Positions 8,049 to 17,564 of a stretch of DNA of 64,000 bases are shown one piece after another. This DNA is from Candidatus Moraniibacteriota bacterium (GTDB taxonomy: Bacteria; Patescibacteriota; Minisyncoccia; Moranbacterales; DUUL01): assembly GCA_027008775.1 (NCBI GenBank), contig JALVDV010000001.1, positions 3,889-67,888 on the forward strand, written 5' to 3'. Position numbers and translations under genes: made by a program. Below the pieces are notes generated by a model that was not told the DNA's origin, did not search any database, and saw nothing but the letters and a program-made list of their open reading frames with translations. The first letter of the stretch is position 1. Each line of letters starts with the position of its first letter.

Positions 8049-10010
8049 ATGACTCGTAAAAGATACAAAGCCTATGAAATAGAAAATCCGCTGGATAGTC
8101 TCTCTTTCGTGCAAAAAACTTCCGAAAGAATTCTACGGAAAAAAAATCATTGGCATCACAAAATTTTTTCCGCCCTAATCCTGATTTTCTTTTTGATTGT
8201 TTTTGCGCGTCTTTTTTATTTGCAAATTCTCAATGGTCATCATTATCAACAGCTGGCCAATCGCAATCGTATCAGAGAAGATGTTATTAAAGCTGCTCGG
8301 GGAATTATTAAAGATAAAAATGGAATAATTCTGGCGCGCAATATTCCCAGTTTTGAATTGGATTTTATTCCCGCCTATCTACCGCCCCAAACTTCTTGGC
8401 CGGAGATGGCGACAAAGTTGTCTCAACTCTTGCAAAAAGACAGGGAAGAAATTTTGCAAAAATTATGGGAAGCCGTTCCCAACAGTCAACAAACTTATCA
8501 ATTGGTTGATTATCTGGACAGAAATCTGGCTCTAAAACTGGCGGAGAAAATGAATGATTTTCCCGGTTTGGTAATCACCAAAAGCGCTCACCGCGAATAT
8601 CCTTTGGGGCGCGTCTGCGCTCATATCATCGGCTACACCGGCAAGATAACCAAAGAAGAATTGCAAGAATATCCCAATTACCTACTGATAGATTACGTGG
8701 GAAAAAACGGTTTGGAAAAAACTTACGAAAAGTATTTGCACGGCGTACCGGGCAAGCACCGATTTGAAGTAAATTCTCGCGGGCAGATAGTGGCCGACTT
8801 GGGAGTTAAAATCCCCCAAAAAGGTTATGACGCTCTTTTAAATATTGACGCCAAGTTGCAAGAAAAAATATATCAGGAAGCGGAAAAAATTATGTCTGAA
8901 AATAAAGACGCTACCGGCGTGGCTGTTGTCGCTCTGGATCCGCGAGACGGCGCCGTACGGGCAATGGTCAGCTATCCCAGTTATGATGATAACGATTTTT
9001 CCCAAGGAATCTCTCCGGAAAAGTACAAACTTTTCCTTAACGATCCCTTCAAACCGCTCATCAACAGAACCATTGCCGGTCTCTATCCCCCCGGCTCAAC
9101 TTTTAAACCTCTGGTGGCCACCGCCGCTTTACAGGAGGGTGTAATTGACGAACATACTACTGTTAATTGCCACGGAGAAATCAGTATTGGTCAGTGGCGT
9201 TTTCCCGATTGGAGCGTTCACGGAATAACAGATGTTAAAAAGGCTATCGCTCAAAGTTGTGATGTTTTCTTCTATACCGTCGGTGGCGGTTGGCAAAACA
9301 TTCGTGGCCTGGGCATTAACCGTGTAAACAAGTATGCCAAATTGTTCGGCCTTGGTGATTATTTGGGGATTGATATTCCCGGAGAAAAAAAAGGACTTGT
9401 TCCTGGCGCCACCTGGAAATTCAAGCGTTTTGGTGAAAAATGGTATATTGGAGATACTTATCACGCCGCCATCGGCCAAGGTTATGTAACGGCAACACCT
9501 TTGCAAATGGCTGTTGCCACCGCCACTATTGCCAACGGTGGCACAGTTTATCGTCCTCGCCTGGTGGCTGAGTTGTTTAATTCTGAAACGAAAGACAGGA
9601 TTAAGATAGAAAAAGATATTTTGTTCAAAGATTTTATCAAACCGGAAAATATAAAAATCGTTCAGGAGGGTATGAGACAGACAGTTACCGCCGGTTCGGG
9701 GCGGTTGCTCAACAGTCTCAAGGTAACCAGCGCCGGCAAAACGGGTACGGCTCAATTTGGCTCGGAAGGCAAAACACATTCTTGGTACGTCTCTTTTGCT
9801 CCCTACGAGAAACCGGAACTGGCCCTGGCTGTTTTGGTGGAAAGTGGCGGTGAAGGGCATCAATGGGCGGTTCCCTTGACGAGAGAAATCTATCAATGGT
9901 ATTTTGATGAAAAAGAGGGGAGTAAACAACCCGAAAAGAAAAAGGAACAAGCAAAACCTGAGGCAACAAAAAGTGGCAACCGGGAACAAGTGGAAAAGAA
10001 TAAGCAGTAA
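8049..10010 (+). CDS. mrdA: Penicillin-binding protein 2 (peptidoglycan D,D-transpeptidase)
   Basis: Active-site motifs STFK (PPGSTFKP) and KTG (SAGKTGTAQ), plus N-terminal TM. Synteny with mreBCD. Confidence 0.9.
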   Translation: MTRKRYKAYEIENPLDSLSFVQKTSERILRKKNHWHHKIFSALILIFFLIVFARLFYLQILNGHHYQQLANRNRIREDVIKAARGIIKDKNGIILARNIPSFELDFIPAYLPPQTSWPEMATKLSQLLQKDREEILQKLWEAVPNSQQTYQLVDYLDRNLALKLAEKMNDFPGLVITKSAHREYPLGRVCAHIIGYTGKITKEELQEYPNYLLIDYVGKNGLEKTYEKYLHGVPGKHRFEVNSRGQIVADLGVKIPQKGYDALLNIDAKLQEKIYQEAEKIMSENKDATGVAVVALDPRDGAVRAMVSYPSYDDNDFSQGISPEKYKLFLNDPFKPLINRTIAGLYPPGSTFKPLVATAALQEGVIDEHTTVNCHGEISIGQWRFPDWSVHGITDVKKAIAQSCDVFFYTVGGGWQNIRGLGINRVNKYAKLFGLGDYLGIDIPGEKKGLVPGATWKFKRFGEKWYIGDTYHAAIGQGYVTATPLQMAVATATIANGGTVYRPRLVAELFNSETKDRIKIEKDILFKDFIKPENIKIVQEGMRQTVTAGSGRLLNSLKVTSAGKTGTAQFGSEGKTHSWYVSFAPYEKPELALAVLVESGGEGHQWAVPLTREIYQWYFDEKEGSKQPEKKKEQAKPEATKSGNREQVEKNKQ

Positions 10011-10027
10011 ACAATAATCGTAAACCT

Positions 10028-10762
10028 ATGTCAGGACATTCCAAGTGGTCAACCATCAAACATAAAAAAGCCATCAATGATGCCAAAAAGGCCAATGTTT
10101 TTACGCGTTACGCTAAACTGATTGAAGTGGCCGCTCGGACCGGCGCCGACCCGGAAACTAATTTCAATCTGCGGATGGCTATAGACAAAGCTCGTTCCGT
10201 CAATATGCCCAAAGCCAATATAGAAAGAGCCATCAAAAGAGGCAGTGGTCAGGACAAAGATCGTGTCGCTTTGGAAGAAGTTGTTTATGAAGCCTACGGT
10301 CCCGGACAAGTGGCGCTCCTAATCCAATGTATCACTGATAACAAAAACCGCACTCTTTCCGAAGTTAAAACAATTCTCAAAAAGAACGATGGCAAATTTG
10401 TTGAAGGTGGAGGAGTTAGCTGGCAATTTGAACAAAGAGGTTTTATAAAATTGACCGATTTTAAAGAAGAAGATAAGGAAAGTATAGAAGAAATTTTACT
10501 GGAGAGCGAAGCCGATGACTATCGTTTTAAAAACAACGAACTCCATATTTTCACCAAGGTTGATAAATTAAAAGAAGTCAGAGATTTTTTGGCTGAGAAA
10601 AATTCTGCGGAATTATACAAAGTTGCCGAGGCAAAGTTGATTTTCCAAAGCAAAGAGAAAACCGGTCCGAGTCAGGAAGAATCAGACAAATTGACAAACC
10701 TGCTTTCCCTCCTGCGGGAAAACGATGATGTTGTTAATATTTGGACAAACTCGTCGGAATAA
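10028..10762 (+). CDS. yebC: YebC/PmpR family DNA-binding transcriptional regulator
   Basis: MSGHSKWSTIKHKKA...ANIERAIKRG family signature. Confidence 0.9.
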   Translation: MSGHSKWSTIKHKKAINDAKKANVFTRYAKLIEVAARTGADPETNFNLRMAIDKARSVNMPKANIERAIKRGSGQDKDRVALEEVVYEAYGPGQVALLIQCITDNKNRTLSEVKTILKKNDGKFVEGGGVSWQFEQRGFIKLTDFKEEDKESIEEILLESEADDYRFKNNELHIFTKVDKLKEVRDFLAEKNSAELYKVAEAKLIFQSKEKTGPSQEESDKLTNLLSLLRENDDVVNIWTNSSE

Positions 10763-10906
10763 GACGGTAGAATCTATTTCTACCAATACTTTCCGCCGGC
10801 AATCTTTGTTTTTGTCTTCAAGCAGTCTTCTCTTTTCTCGTTTTGAATAAATATTCCCGTTTTATCTTTCCTTTAGATGCATTTCAAAAATTTACCTTAA
10901 TAATCA

Positions 10907-11425
10907 ATGTCGGTCCAAAGAAAAAAAGAAGAAGTGATCATTCTCGGAATTGATCCAGGCACGGCTATTACCGGTTGGGGGGTTGTGCAAGAAAAAGGTA
11001 ACGATTTGGAGCTCCTGGCTTACGGTTCCATTGAAACGGAAAAAAATAAGACTGATATTCAAAGATTGGAAGAAACAGCTAAAGATCTGGAGGTCATTAT
11101 CAAAGAATATCAACCGGATGAAATGGCTATTGAAGAGTTATTTTTCTTTAAGAATTTAAAGACGGCCATCAAAGTGGCTCAATCGCGTGGCGTTCTAATC
11201 TACACTGCCGTCAAAAATAAAGTTTCCGTTGCCGAATACACTCCCCTGCAAGTCAAGCAAGCTTTAACCGGCTACGGTCGCGCCGGCAAAAAACAAATTC
11301 AAGAAATGGTTAAGAGAGTTTTGAAGCTGAAAAAAATTCCTCAACCGGACGACGCTGCCGACGCTTTGGCTATCGCTATTTGCCATCAACAATCTCGCAA
11401 AATTTCTAAACTTATTCCCGGTTAA
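10907..11425 (+). CDS. ruvC: Holliday junction resolvase RuvC
   Basis: ILGIDPGTAITGWGVV N-terminus and RNase H-like fold motifs. Confidence 0.9.
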   Translation: MSVQRKKEEVIILGIDPGTAITGWGVVQEKGNDLELLAYGSIETEKNKTDIQRLEETAKDLEVIIKEYQPDEMAIEELFFFKNLKTAIKVAQSRGVLIYTAVKNKVSVAEYTPLQVKQALTGYGRAGKKQIQEMVKRVLKLKKIPQPDDAADALAIAICHQQSRKISKLIPG

Positions 11426-11589
11426 TTATTGTCGGGAAAAATTCTCATCGCAAGTAGAGAACAGCAACTGCTCCTGACTTATGTTTACAACCACTTTATA
11501 AACTGTTGGTGGTCAAAATTGAAAAAAAGAAACATCTGCGTTATAATCAGAAAACAAAACGAGACACCTATTCTAAAAACAGAAATTTT

Positions 11590-13074
11590 ATGACCATCAA
11601 AACAAATCACAATAAAAAAAGAAAAAGTCCTTCATCCCCGCCGAAACAAAAAAAGACCGAATATCAGAAAACTTCCTTATACAAAAAGGATGATTTTCTG
11701 GTACCACCGCACAATCAAGAAGCGGAAGAGTCCGTTCTTGGTTCTTTGATGTTAGACAAAGACGCTCTGGTGAAAATAGTTGACATTTTGGAGCCGGCGG
11801 ATTTTTACAACGAAAATTACGGTCTGATTTACGAATCAGCCCTGGAACTTTATTCCGAGCAGTTGCCGACGGATATTGTCAATGTTTCCGCTAAGTTAAA
11901 AGAAAAAAAACTTTTAAAACAAATCGGTGGACGCGCTAAACTCACCGAATTGATCAATGGCGTTCCTACCGCTTCTAACATTCAATCTTACGCGAAAATT
12001 GTCAAGAACAAATCAATCCTCAGGAAGCTGATCCAAACCGCTTCAGAATTGGTGCGAATGGGCTACGAGGAAAAACAACCCGTTGACGAAATCTTAGATC
12101 ACGCCGAAAAGAAACTTTTTGCCGTTTCTCAGGGCAGTGGTAATCAAGAGTTTATTTCTATGAGCAGTTTGTTGGAGACCGCTTTTGACCGTATTGATGA
12201 GATTCATAAAAATAAAAATAAATTCAGGGGGGTTAGAAGCGGTTTCTCCGATCTGGACAAACTTCTTTCCGGCTTTCAAAAATCAGACCTTATTATTCTG
12301 GCCGCCCGTCCCTCTATCGGAAAAACCTCCTTTGCTTTGGATATTGCCCGGCAGGCTGCTTTAAAGGAAAAAAGTCCGGTAATGATTTTTTCTTTGGAGA
12401 TGTCGTCAGACCAATTGGTTGACAGAATGTTAGCTGCTGAAGCCCGAGTAAATCTTTGGGCTCTACGCACCGGTAACTTGGATGAAAAAAATAATGATTT
12501 TCAAAAAATCGGCGAGGCTATGGGCGTGCTTTCCAAAGCCCCAATTTTTATTGACGACTCCGCCACTGCCAACATTATGGAAATGCGAGCCATTGCGCGA
12601 CGTTTTCAGGCTGAACACGGTCTCGGGTTGCTCATCATTGATTATTTACAGTTAATGGAAGGGCGCAACAATTACTCTTCCGACAGTCGTGTCAATGAAA
12701 TTTCGGAAATTTCCCGAGGCTTAAAAAATTTGGCGAAAGAATTAAATGTTCCTATCTTGGCTCTTTCCCAGCTTTCGCGAGCGGTGGAAAATCGTAGCCC
12801 GCAAATTCCCAAGCTGTCAGACTTGCGTGAATCCGGTTCCATTGAGCAAGATGCCGACGTTGTTCTTTTTCTTTATCGCGAAGATAGAGAAAATCCGGAA
12901 ACAGAAAACCAAAATATTGTTGAGGTACATGTGGCCAAGCATCGTAACGGGCCGGTCGGCCGTATAAATCTGTATTTTGACGAGGAATATGCTTCTTTCA
13001 AGTCTTTGGACACCCAACACGGTGAAGAAGAAATTATTCCTGCGGAGGTGGGGGTTGAAAATTCGGTAGAGTAA
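11590..13074 (+). CDS. dnaB: Replicative DNA helicase DnaB
   Basis: PHNQEAEESVLGSLM N-terminal motif, Walker A (PSIGKTSFAL), and LIIDYLQLM. The ORF-track start 11506 is non-ATG; the first ATG in frame is at 11590. Confidence 0.9.
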   Translation: MTIKTNHNKKRKSPSSPPKQKKTEYQKTSLYKKDDFLVPPHNQEAEESVLGSLMLDKDALVKIVDILEPADFYNENYGLIYESALELYSEQLPTDIVNVSAKLKEKKLLKQIGGRAKLTELINGVPTASNIQSYAKIVKNKSILRKLIQTASELVRMGYEEKQPVDEILDHAEKKLFAVSQGSGNQEFISMSSLLETAFDRIDEIHKNKNKFRGVRSGFSDLDKLLSGFQKSDLIILAARPSIGKTSFALDIARQAALKEKSPVMIFSLEMSSDQLVDRMLAAEARVNLWALRTGNLDEKNNDFQKIGEAMGVLSKAPIFIDDSATANIMEMRAIARRFQAEHGLGLLIIDYLQLMEGRNNYSSDSRVNEISEISRGLKNLAKELNVPILALSQLSRAVENRSPQIPKLSDLRESGSIEQDADVVLFLYREDRENPETENQNIVEVHVAKHRNGPVGRINLYFDEEYASFKSLDTQHGEEEIIPAEVGVENSVE

Positions 13075-13084
13075 GTTTGCTGTT

Positions 13085-13684
13085 ATGTTTCCCAAAACAT
13101 TTCAAAAATTGATAGAAGATTTTAGTCGGTTGCCCTCTATCGGCCCCAAAATGGCTGAGAGGTTGGTTTTGTTTTTATACAAGGGTGACAAAGAATTCTT
13201 GAAATCTTTTGCCAGCGACTTGAATAATCTGGCTGAAAACATAAACTTCTGTCGGCGTTGTCACCATCTCACCGAAGACGATCAGCTTTGCAAAATTTGC
13301 TCCAATCCTCAGCGTAACCAAGAACAAATTTGCGTGGTGGAAGATCCCCTGGACGCCATTTCCATAGAAAAAACCAAAGCTTTCAACGGTCTTTATTATA
13401 TTTTGGGAGGCAGTCTATCCGTTATCAATCAAAAGGAAATTGATAAATTAAATTTTAATCAATTAGTACGGAGAGTGAAAGAGGAAAAAATTAAAGAAGT
13501 GATTATTGCCACCAATCCCACCACTGACGGTGAAACCACTGCGCTTTACCTTTTGCGAATTTTAAAACCACTTGGTGTCAAAGTTACTCGTCTCGGTCGT
13601 GGCTTGCCCACCGGTGGCGATATAGAGTATGCCGATGAAGTAACTATTTCTTCCGCTTTCCAAGGGCGAACCACAATGAATTAA
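13085..13684 (+). CDS. recR: Recombination protein RecR
   Basis: HhH motif LPSIGPKMAERL, Zn-finger CRRCHHLTEDDQLCKIC, Toprim domain. Confidence 0.92.
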   Translation: MFPKTFQKLIEDFSRLPSIGPKMAERLVLFLYKGDKEFLKSFASDLNNLAENINFCRRCHHLTEDDQLCKICSNPQRNQEQICVVEDPLDAISIEKTKAFNGLYYILGGSLSVINQKEIDKLNFNQLVRRVKEEKIKEVIIATNPTTDGETTALYLLRILKPLGVKVTRLGRGLPTGGDIEYADEVTISSAFQGRTTMN

Positions 13685-13696
13685 CCGGATTTTTAA

Positions 13697-13730
13697 ACCT
13701 CGCTTTTTAGAGCGGGGTTTTTAAGAACTA
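13697..13730. terminator. Putative bidirectional hairpin terminator between convergent recR and corA-like genes
   Basis: cctcgc-tttttaga-gcgggg stem-loop with flanking T/A runs. Confidence 0.35.
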
Positions 13731-13827
13731 AGTTGTCACAATATCCCAAGGAATTTTCTTAGGCAAACTTATTGCCAAAACGAATACTGGTTCAGCCCAG
13801 TCCAGCTCAAAAGCAAAGAAAATTTGC

Positions 13828-14748
13828 CTAAAGCCAACGCTTTTTCTTCAGCCAGAGATAAGCCAAGAAAGCCACCAAGAAAAGTATCAGCATTATCAAC
13901 CAAAAGGAAGCCGGTTCGTGAGCTAAAGAAAAACCGCCAAAGGGAATGACGCTGAAAATACCCAGGGTGACGGACATGGCAAAAGTAATTAAAGAGACAG
14001 AAGCCAAGAAACGCATAGTATTACTCAAACGATAGGAGACCATGGAATTATTGGTGACCTCCAATGATTCAATAATTTCCTGCGCGCTCTCAATACTGTT
14101 CCAGACTTTAATATTTATTCTTATCAATTCTCTAATCTCCGCTTGTATTACGGGGTAATTGAAAAAAGAAAAACCTTCGCGCAACATTGTTTCAAATAAA
14201 GCTTTTTGCGGTTTAAGCACCCGACGAAAAGTCAAAATATCCAACTTAATTTTTGATATCTCCTCCACCGTGTCGTAACGGTCGTCGCTGAAAATGGTGT
14301 CTTTCACCCATTCAATATTTTCATTGATATGCTTGATTTTATCAAAAGAAAGTGAAGTTAGTTTTTGCAAAAAATTTATCAGGAAAAAAACAACGTTGTC
14401 TTTCATCAACTCTTCCCGAAATTTCCTACTTTTTTGGGCATGATGCCAAATGCTTCGCACCGGAATATTGGATTTAAAAACCATGGTTACCAGAAGATTG
14501 TCTTTCAACAAGATATGTAAATCAGACGCTTCCGTTATCTGTTTTTGTCGATTAAAAGTTGGTACGGCCAAATTTAAATACAAGCTGTTATTCCATTCTT
14601 CAATCTGCGCCTGTTGAATATCCTCGCTTATTCTCAAAACAAAATCCTCCGGCAATTGAAACTCTTTTTTTAAAAACTGCCAATCCTTTCGTCTCGGTTT
14701 GTCAATATGAACCCACTGTAAATTGTTGCAAGTTATTTTCTCTATCAT
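13828..14748 (-). CDS. CorA-family divalent-cation transporter homolog with a non-canonical GMN region
   Basis: CorA-like N-terminus (WVHIDKP...EDF), two C-terminal TM helices. The canonical GIYGMNF is replaced by GIFSVIPFGG. Confidence 0.65.
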   Translation of the reverse strand: MIEKITCNNLQWVHIDKPRRKDWQFLKKEFQLPEDFVLRISEDIQQAQIEEWNNSLYLNLAVPTFNRQKQITEASDLHILLKDNLLVTMVFKSNIPVRSIWHHAQKSRKFREELMKDNVVFFLINFLQKLTSLSFDKIKHINENIEWVKDTIFSDDRYDTVEEISKIKLDILTFRRVLKPQKALFETMLREGFSFFNYPVIQAEIRELIRINIKVWNSIESAQEIIESLEVTNNSMVSYRLSNTMRFLASVSLITFAMSVTLGIFSVIPFGGFSLAHEPASFWLIMLILFLVAFLAYLWLKKKRWL

Positions 14749-14866
14749 TTCGTTTTACTTTTTGTTTTTGTTATTTTCCGTTGTTATGCTATTATTATAG
14801 CAACTCTTAGGCAGACTGGCAATTTAAATTTATCCGGCAAAAAACATAACTCTTTAACAACTTTTT

Positions 14867-15100
14867 ATGAAAAGCCTGGTTATTTGGCTCATTAAAATTT
14901 ATCAGAAAACTCTTTCCGCCGAAACCGGTCTCCTGGGAAAAATTTACTCGCGACCGCCAACTTGTCGCTTTTATCCCACTTGTTCGGAATACACCGTTCA
15001 AGCCGTTCGTAAATACGGAACAATCAAAGGTCTTTGGCTGGGAGTAAAAAGAGTTGGTCGTTGCCATCCCGGACATCCCGGCGGAATAGATAAACCCTAA
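14867..15100 (+). CDS. yidD: Membrane protein insertion efficiency factor YidD
   Basis: YQKTLS...[10 protein letters not shown]...[12 protein letters not shown] signature. Confidence 0.9.
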   Translation: MKSLVIWLIKIYQKTLSAETGLLGKIYSRPPTCRFYPTCSEYTVQAVRKYGTIKGLWLGVKRVGRCHPGHPGGIDKP

Positions 15101-15109
15101 AAATAAAAA

Positions 15110-16603
15110 ATGTTGACTTTAGATGAACTGCTTAATTTACGGAAGATCCCTTACTCGGAGGAACAGAAAAAAAGAATAAGCAAAGCCTACGAATTTGCTC
15201 GCCAGGCCCATCAAGGACAAAAGCGAGCTTCCGGGGAGGATTATTTTTCTCACTGTGTAGCTACCGCTGCCACCCTAGTTAAAATGGGCTTGGGTTCAAT
15301 CACCGTTTCCGCCGGTTTGCTTCACGACACTTATGAGGACACGGACGTTTCTCTGGCGGAATTAAAAAAAGAGTTTGGCAAAGAAGTGGCCTTTATTGTG
15401 GAGGGCGTCAGTAAATTGAGCAAAGTACAACTCAAGGGCAGTCAGGAAGAATATTATCTCAACAATCTGCAAAAAATGTTTTTAGCCATGGCTGCCGACA
15501 TTAGGGTGGTTTTGATAAAATTGGCTGATCGCTACCATAATATGCAAACCCTTTACGCTCTACCTAAAGAGAAAAGGTTGCGGATTGCCAAAGAAACAAT
15601 GGAAATTTTTGTGCCCATTGCCAATCGTTTGGGAATAGGGGAGCTCAAAGGCAAATTGGAGGATCTCTGTTTTCAATATTTGGACCCGGAAAACTATCAG
15701 CGTATTTTAAAATTGGAAAAAGAAACTTACGCTCCACGCAAAAAATATGTGGATGAAGTTATCAAAACTCTCAAGAAAAAACTGAAAGAGGAAAATATCA
15801 ATTTTGTGGATATTCACGGGCGCGCCAAACGGCACTACAGTCTTTTCAAAAAACTGCAACGCCATGACAACAATATAGAAAAAATTTATGACCTGGCTGC
15901 TGTGCGAATTATTTTGCCGACTGTGGCCGACTGTTACGAAGCCTTGGGAATAGTTCATAAAAATTACCGGCCCTTGATCGGCCGGATTAAAGATTATATT
16001 TCTTTACCCAAACCGAACGGTTACAAATCTCTGCACACCACCATTTTCGGGCCCCAAGGGAAAATTTTGGAAGTGCAAATCAGAACGGAAAAAATGCATG
16101 ACGAAGCCGAGTACGGAATCGCCGCCCATTGGATTTATGACCGGCAAAAAGGAATGAATTGGCGTCGTCTTCTTTTTCAAGGTAAGCATTCTCCCAAAGT
16201 GCCGGCTGAGGAGATAGAATGGGTGAAGCAGTTAAAGGAGTGGCACAAACAGACTGGTGGTGGCAGTGATGAGTTTTGGCAATCTTTAAAAATAGATTTT
16301 TTCAAAAATCATATTTTTGTTTTCACTCCCAAGGGAGATGTCATTGAGTTACCGGAAAATTCCACACCGGTTGACTTTGCCTACAAGGTCCATACCGAAA
16401 TCGGTAACAGAATGACCGGCGCCAAGATAAATGGCAAAATGTCTTCCTTGGACTCTATTTTAAAAAACGGCGATTTGGTGGAAATCATTACCAGCAAAAA
16501 CAAAAAACTTCCCAATCAAGATTGGTTGAAGTTTGTTTGCACGGCCAACGCCAAAGATAAAATTAAAAACACTTTACGCAAAGCGGGAGTGAAAATAGTC
16601 TGA
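15110..16603 (+). CDS. rel: Short bifunctional (p)ppGpp synthetase/hydrolase (Rel/SpoT homolog) with TGS domain, lacking C-terminal ACT region
   Basis: HD hydrolase motif (HCVATAATL...LHDTYEDT), synthetase motif (GRAKRHYSLFKKL), TGS (IFVFTPKGDVIELPENSTPVDFAY). Confidence 0.88.
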   Translation: MLTLDELLNLRKIPYSEEQKKRISKAYEFARQAHQGQKRASGEDYFSHCVATAATLVKMGLGSITVSAGLLHDTYEDTDVSLAELKKEFGKEVAFIVEGVSKLSKVQLKGSQEEYYLNNLQKMFLAMAADIRVVLIKLADRYHNMQTLYALPKEKRLRIAKETMEIFVPIANRLGIGELKGKLEDLCFQYLDPENYQRILKLEKETYAPRKKYVDEVIKTLKKKLKEENINFVDIHGRAKRHYSLFKKLQRHDNNIEKIYDLAAVRIILPTVADCYEALGIVHKNYRPLIGRIKDYISLPKPNGYKSLHTTIFGPQGKILEVQIRTEKMHDEAEYGIAAHWIYDRQKGMNWRRLLFQGKHSPKVPAEEIEWVKQLKEWHKQTGGGSDEFWQSLKIDFFKNHIFVFTPKGDVIELPENSTPVDFAYKVHTEIGNRMTGAKINGKMSSLDSILKNGDLVEIITSKNKKLPNQDWLKFVCTANAKDKIKNTLRKAGVKIV

Positions 16604-16682
16604 CGGAAGTTTCTCATTAAACCCATCTCGTATTCATTTTTTTATTGCTGTAAAATTTTTTTTATCATAATTGCCTCCCCGG

Positions 16683-16741
16683 TTGACACTTTGTCATTTC
16701 CTACTAAAATATAGTTAGCAGGGGAGTGTTAAAAGTGCTAA
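16683..16741 (+). promoter_or_regulatory. Promoter (TTGACA-16-TAAAAT) overlapping a CIRCE-like inverted repeat upstream of hrcA
   Basis: TTGACA 16683-16688; TAAAAT 16705-16710. TTAGCAggg-N9-aaGTGCTAA at 16715-16741, compared with the CIRCE consensus TTAGCACTC-N9-GAGTGCTAA. Confidence 0.5.
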
Positions 16742-16787
16742 TTGCGTTTCAAGAACGTCTCTCTGGAGTATCATTAAAATTTTTTCT

Positions 16788-17534
16788 ATGACCAAGAGAC
16801 AAGAAAAAATTTTGAAAATCATTATCAAAGAGTATACCAGCAATGCCGTGCCGGTCGGTAGCAACGATTTGGTGAAAAAATATAATCTACCTTTTTCTTC
16901 GGCCACTTTACGTAATGAAATGGCCAAATTGGAAAAACTTGGCTTTATCCAAAAGACACATATTTCCTCCGGACGCATCCCCACTGATCAGGGCTACCGC
17001 TATTTCATTGATCATTTGATTGAGCGACGAGAAAGTTCCTTAGCCTATCAAAAAAAATTGGAGTTGGAATTGTTAAAAATGCGTACTCGCAATATTCAAC
17101 TGGAGAGATCAGTCGGTAAAATCCTTTCCACTCTCTCCAAGTGTCTGGTGATCAGCGGAGTTTTGGATAAGGGCGAATTTCAAAATTTCGGCATTCACAA
17201 TCTTTTGGAAAGTCCGGAATTCACTTCTTTGGACAATCTTTCCAAGATAACCACTCTGCTGGATACAATAGACGAAAAAATTAACCAGATTCTCAAGCAA
17301 GCGGAAAAGGGAGAAGTGAAAATATTCATCGGCAAAGAAAATCCCGTTAAAGAAATTCAAAACAGTTCCATGATAGTCTCCCGTTACGAAGACTCGGAGG
17401 GAAAAGACAGGGTAATTGCTCTCATCGGTCCCAAGAGTATGAAATATCAGAAAAACAAAAATCTCTTGGAGTTGGCCAAAAAATTGCTCAGTCAAAATAA
17501 ATTCAAAAACAATTTTTTCAAGACAAAGAAATAA
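16788..17534 (+). CDS. hrcA: Heat-inducible transcription repressor HrcA (short form)
   Basis: N-terminal wHTH (SNDLVKKYNLPFSSATLRNEMAKLEKLGFI...GRIPTDQGYRYFID). Confidence 0.88.
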   Translation: MTKRQEKILKIIIKEYTSNAVPVGSNDLVKKYNLPFSSATLRNEMAKLEKLGFIQKTHISSGRIPTDQGYRYFIDHLIERRESSLAYQKKLELELLKMRTRNIQLERSVGKILSTLSKCLVISGVLDKGEFQNFGIHNLLESPEFTSLDNLSKITTLLDTIDEKINQILKQAEKGEVKIFIGKENPVKEIQNSSMIVSRYEDSEGKDRVIALIGPKSMKYQKNKNLLELAKKLLSQNKFKNNFFKTKK

Positions 17535-17564
17535 ACGAATCAAAGAATAATTTAGAATTAAATA

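Noticed and set aside
9129-9989. 286-aa minus-strand ORF
   Set aside because: Lies entirely antisense within the well-supported PBP2 (mrdA) gene, has no motifs, and is low-complexity mirror translation; spurious.
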